In this document: positions 16,939 through 19,675 of the stretch, one piece after another
Layout: every line of letters starts with the position of its first letter
Position numbering within the stretch: position 1 is the stretch's first letter
Assembly (NCBI GenBank): GCA_964534375.1
Contig: CAZHPN010000114.1
Span: 1 to 19,675, forward strand
Direction: 5' to 3'
Length of the DNA stretch: 19,675 nt
Source of the DNA: an uncultured bacterium
GTDB lineage: Bacteria > Lernaellota > Lernaellaia > Lernaellales > Lernaellaceae
Translations under genes and position numbers: made by a program
The notes under the pieces: generated by a model
The model's database searches: none
What the model was told of the DNA's origin: nothing
The model's input: the letters and a program-made list of their open reading frames with translations, nothing else

Positions 16939-18009
16939 GTGGCGAAGAAAACATTCTATGACCGCGTCCGCGACATCGACCGCCGGCTGATCTTCCTTTT
17001 CATTGCGCTTTCCGTGGCGATTCCGCTGATCTTTCACCTGTATTTCCCCGAGACCCCGACGCCGATGACGCAGGCGGTGTTCGACAAGATCGAACATCTC
17101 CCGGCCGGCAGCCGCATCCTGATGGATTTCTCCTACGACCCGGCGAGCATGCCCGAGATCGAACCGATGGCCACCGCCTGGGTGCGCCACTGCCTGTTAA
17201 AAAAGCACAAGATCTACGCCATCGCGCTCTGGCCGGTCGGGCCGCAGTTGGCGAGCGACACCTTCAACGCGGCGGTCAATTTTTTGCGCAACCTCGACCC
17301 CGAGCGCCGCATCGTCTACGGCGAGGACTACGTCAATCTCGGCTTCAAGTCCGGCGCCCAGGGCGTGATCAACGTGCTGTTGACCAACCTCGGCACGCTT
17401 TATTCGACCGACATCAACGGCGCGAACATCGCCGACATTCCGATGATGAACGGCGTGGTGAACCTCAAGAGCTTCGACCTGATCGCCAGCATCAGCGCCG
17501 GCACGCCGGGCACGAAGGAGCTGATTCAGTTCGGGTCCGTGCCGGCCGGCGTGCCGCTGGTCGCGGGCACGACCTCGGTTTTCGCGCCGCTGCTTTATCC
17601 CTATTATCCGGCGCAGATGCTCGGCATTCTCGGCGGCCTGAAGAGCGCCGCGGAATACGACGCGCTGCTGTTCCGCAAGATCAAACCGCAGTTGCAGGCG
17701 CGGCTGCGCCTGGCGCCGAAGCTGCTGCAGGATGAAATCGCGCAGTTGACCGGCGACCGGTCGCTGGACCCCGCGGCGAAACGCAAGCTGGTCGCCGAAA
17801 AGACCGCGGCGCTGCGCGCCGTGGAAAAAGCCGATCCGGCGACGCTCGGCGACCGCCGGTTGATGGATTTGGCCGGCCCGGTGTTGGGTTACACGCAAAA
17901 GGGCATTTCGCGGATGGGGCCGCAGGCGGTCGCGCACCTGGTGATTGTGCTGTTTATCATCATCGGCAATATCACCTATTTCATCGACAAACGGCGGGGG
18001 CGGCGATGA
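16939..18009 (+). CDS. Uncharacterised membrane protein: N-terminal TM, large soluble alpha/beta domain, C-terminal TM
   Basis: GTG start 9 bp after the previous stop. TM LIFLFIALSVAIPLIF. Motifs YGEDYVNLGF and YPYYPAQMLGILGGLKSAAEY. C-terminal TM AHLVIVLFIIIGNITYF. Confidence 0.85.
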   Translation: MAKKTFYDRVRDIDRRLIFLFIALSVAIPLIFHLYFPETPTPMTQAVFDKIEHLPAGSRILMDFSYDPASMPEIEPMATAWVRHCLLKKHKIYAIALWPVGPQLASDTFNAAVNFLRNLDPERRIVYGEDYVNLGFKSGAQGVINVLLTNLGTLYSTDINGANIADIPMMNGVVNLKSFDLIASISAGTPGTKELIQFGSVPAGVPLVAGTTSVFAPLLYPYYPAQMLGILGGLKSAAEYDALLFRKIKPQLQARLRLAPKLLQDEIAQLTGDRSLDPAAKRKLVAEKTAALRAVEKADPATLGDRRLMDLAGPVLGYTQKGISRMGPQAVAHLVIVLFIIIGNITYFIDKRRGRR

Positions 18010-19127
18010 GCCGGAGCATGGCCGTCAGCCTGGGGTTCCTCGCCGTATTCGCGGCGCTGGCGCTGCTCGGCGCCGTTTTCGGCGGCCTGACCAGCCCCTT
18101 GCCGCGCGCCGACGAGATCAAGTTGACCATGCCCAACAACATGGTCGTGGTCGCGCCGCAGGGGAAGATCAGGCGGGAGGTCGACCCGGCGACGCAGAAA
18201 ACGAAATTCGTGGCCGCCGACGGTTTCCGGATCGTGCGCGAGGTGCCGGCGTCGTACCAGCCGGCCGGCGGCGAGAAGAACCCGTGCATCGCGGCCGACG
18301 AAAAAAAACCGGAACTGATTTTCAAACCCGTGCGACACGAGACGCATTATGGCGCCGTGGTCGCCGGCGACGCGACGATGGAGGAGAAGAATGGCGAGGC
18401 GTACGTGCGCGTGCCCAACGGCGGCAGCCTGATCGAGCGCGTGCGGTCGTTCCGCGGCTTCTGGACGTGGGTGGCCGCGTTTTTGACGCTGGGCATTCTC
18501 AGTTTTCTGTACGACGACAACCCGTTCTACAAGTTCACCGAGCACTTGTTCATTGGGGTCAGCGCGGCGTATTGGATGTGCCTGGCGTTTTGGTCGACGA
18601 TCGTCCCGAACTTGCTGGGCAAGCTTTGGCCCGCGCTCGTCGCGTCGATCAATCCGGGCGTCGGCGGCGAAAAGCGGAACCTGCTTTATCTCGTGCCGTT
18701 GGTGTTCGGGGTGCTGCTGTTGACGCGCCTGACCTCGAAGTTCGGCTGGCTCAGCCGCTGGTCGCTGGCGTTCATCGTCGGCACGACCGCCGGCCTCAAT
18801 TTCGTCGGCTATCTGCAGAGCGATTTCGTCGGCCAGATCGAGGGCTCGATCGGCTCGCTGGTCGCGATCGACCCGGCCAAGGGCGTGCAGTGGGGCGCCA
18901 CGTTCAGCGCGATCGTGCTGTTCGTCGGCGTGCTGACCTGCCTCGTGTATTTCTTCTTTTCGACCGAGCACAAAGGCGTCATGGGCGCCGCCAGCCGCGT
19001 CGGCATCTGGGTGCTGATGATCACCTTCGGCGCCTCGTTCGGCTTCACCGTGATGGGCCGCATTGCGCTGCTCGTGGCGCGGATGGAATTTCTCTTCAAC
19101 GATTGGCTGCACATCATCATTCAGTGA
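18006..19127 (+). CDS. Uncharacterised polytopic membrane protein with an N-terminal soluble extension
   Basis: ATGA overlap with the previous gene. N-terminal hydrophobic segment, hydrophilic domain, then about 6-7 TM with SFLYDDNPFYKFTEHLFIG and LMITFGASFGFTVMGR. Confidence 0.85.
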   Translation: MSRSMAVSLGFLAVFAALALLGAVFGGLTSPLPRADEIKLTMPNNMVVVAPQGKIRREVDPATQKTKFVAADGFRIVREVPASYQPAGGEKNPCIAADEKKPELIFKPVRHETHYGAVVAGDATMEEKNGEAYVRVPNGGSLIERVRSFRGFWTWVAAFLTLGILSFLYDDNPFYKFTEHLFIGVSAAYWMCLAFWSTIVPNLLGKLWPALVASINPGVGGEKRNLLYLVPLVFGVLLLTRLTSKFGWLSRWSLAFIVGTTAGLNFVGYLQSDFVGQIEGSIGSLVAIDPAKGVQWGATFSAIVLFVGVLTCLVYFFFSTEHKGVMGAASRVGIWVLMITFGASFGFTVMGRIALLVARMEFLFNDWLHIIIQ

Positions 19128-19238
19128 ACAGTGAACAGTGAACAATGAACAATGAACAGGGAACAGGGGACAGTCATCAATGCGCGGTTGAGGGGCGGCC
19201 CGCCGTCACTGCTCACTGCTCACTGCTCACTGTTCACT
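19122..19238. repeat. Inverted pair of 7-mer tandem arrays (CAGTGAA)n / (TCACTGY)n; possible bidirectional terminator or stabiliser
   Basis: Seven units cagtgaa x3, caatgaa x2, cagggaa, cagggga (19122-19170), and tcactgc x3, tcactgt, tcact (19206-19238). Confidence 0.9.
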
Positions 19239-19674
19239 TTTCAGCGAACGACTCGCCCATCTTGACGCACCACGTGCGGCAATTTTCGACGGTCACGCAA
19301 TCGCCGTCGCGCGCGACCGTTGGCGGGGGCGCCGCGTCGGCGTCGGAGCGGCTGTTGCGGTATAGCGCCGACTGCCCATCGCGGAAACGGCCCTCGGTCA
19401 CGAGCCGCCAACCGGCGGCCTCGTCGAGGCCGATCCGTGGCCGGGTCTCGTTCAGGAGCGACGAATCGTCGAACGTGAACAGCAGCAGATTCGGCCAGGT
19501 CCTCACCGCTTCCAGATTTGGGAACGGCGAATGGTCGCCGGGGGCGACGCGGATCATCTGCGTGTAGAAATCGTCCAGCAACAAGCACCATTTGGCGCCG
19601 TGCAGGCTGGTGAGCGCCGCGCAGTCTTTGTCCGTCACCACCGGGCGGAAATCGTCGTAGGGCACCAGAATCTT
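19234..19674 (-). CDS. Partial hypothetical protein (5' end outside window)
   Basis: Frame is open from the window edge (KILVPYDDF...) to TGA at 19236-19234, with GC3-rich codons. No recognisable motif. Confidence 0.6.
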   Translation of the reverse strand, partial: KILVPYDDFRPVVTDKDCAALTSLHGAKWCLLLDDFYTQMIRVAPGDHSPFPNLEAVRTWPNLLLFTFDDSSLLNETRPRIGLDEAAGWRLVTEGRFRDGQSALYRNSRSDADAAPPPTVARDGDCVTVENCRTWCVKMGESFAEK

Positions 19675-19675
19675 G

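Overview
GC-rich bacterial chromosomal segment from a Gram-negative (it encodes an outer-membrane porin and lipoproteins); I cannot assign the taxon reliably. Left to right: 3' end of a probable dynamin-like gene, enolase (eno), two paralogous small lipoproteins, a small secreted protein, a lipoprotein GH36 glycosidase and a secreted 42-aa-TPR protein (both minus strand), a YycJ/WalJ-like MBL hydrolase overlapping purB, then a transport island. The island holds two POT/PTR peptide transporters, an OprB/MnoP-type porin and a tightly coupled four-gene operon of uncharacterised membrane proteins (FN3 + DUF6754-like subunit, two polytopic subunits, one membrane-anchored periplasmic subunit). That operon, with no ATPase, is the best candidate for an undescribed transport or signalling system. 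Non-coding highlights: several unrelated short-tandem-repeat hairpins, three of which start exactly at stop codons; a REP-like hairpin cluster after eno; a ~200-nt self-complementary intergenic segment behind a near-consensus sigma70 promoter (candidate ncRNA or small ORF); and a DtxR/MntR-like box at the porin promoter. No rRNA, tRNA, CRISPR array, transposase or integrase was seen.
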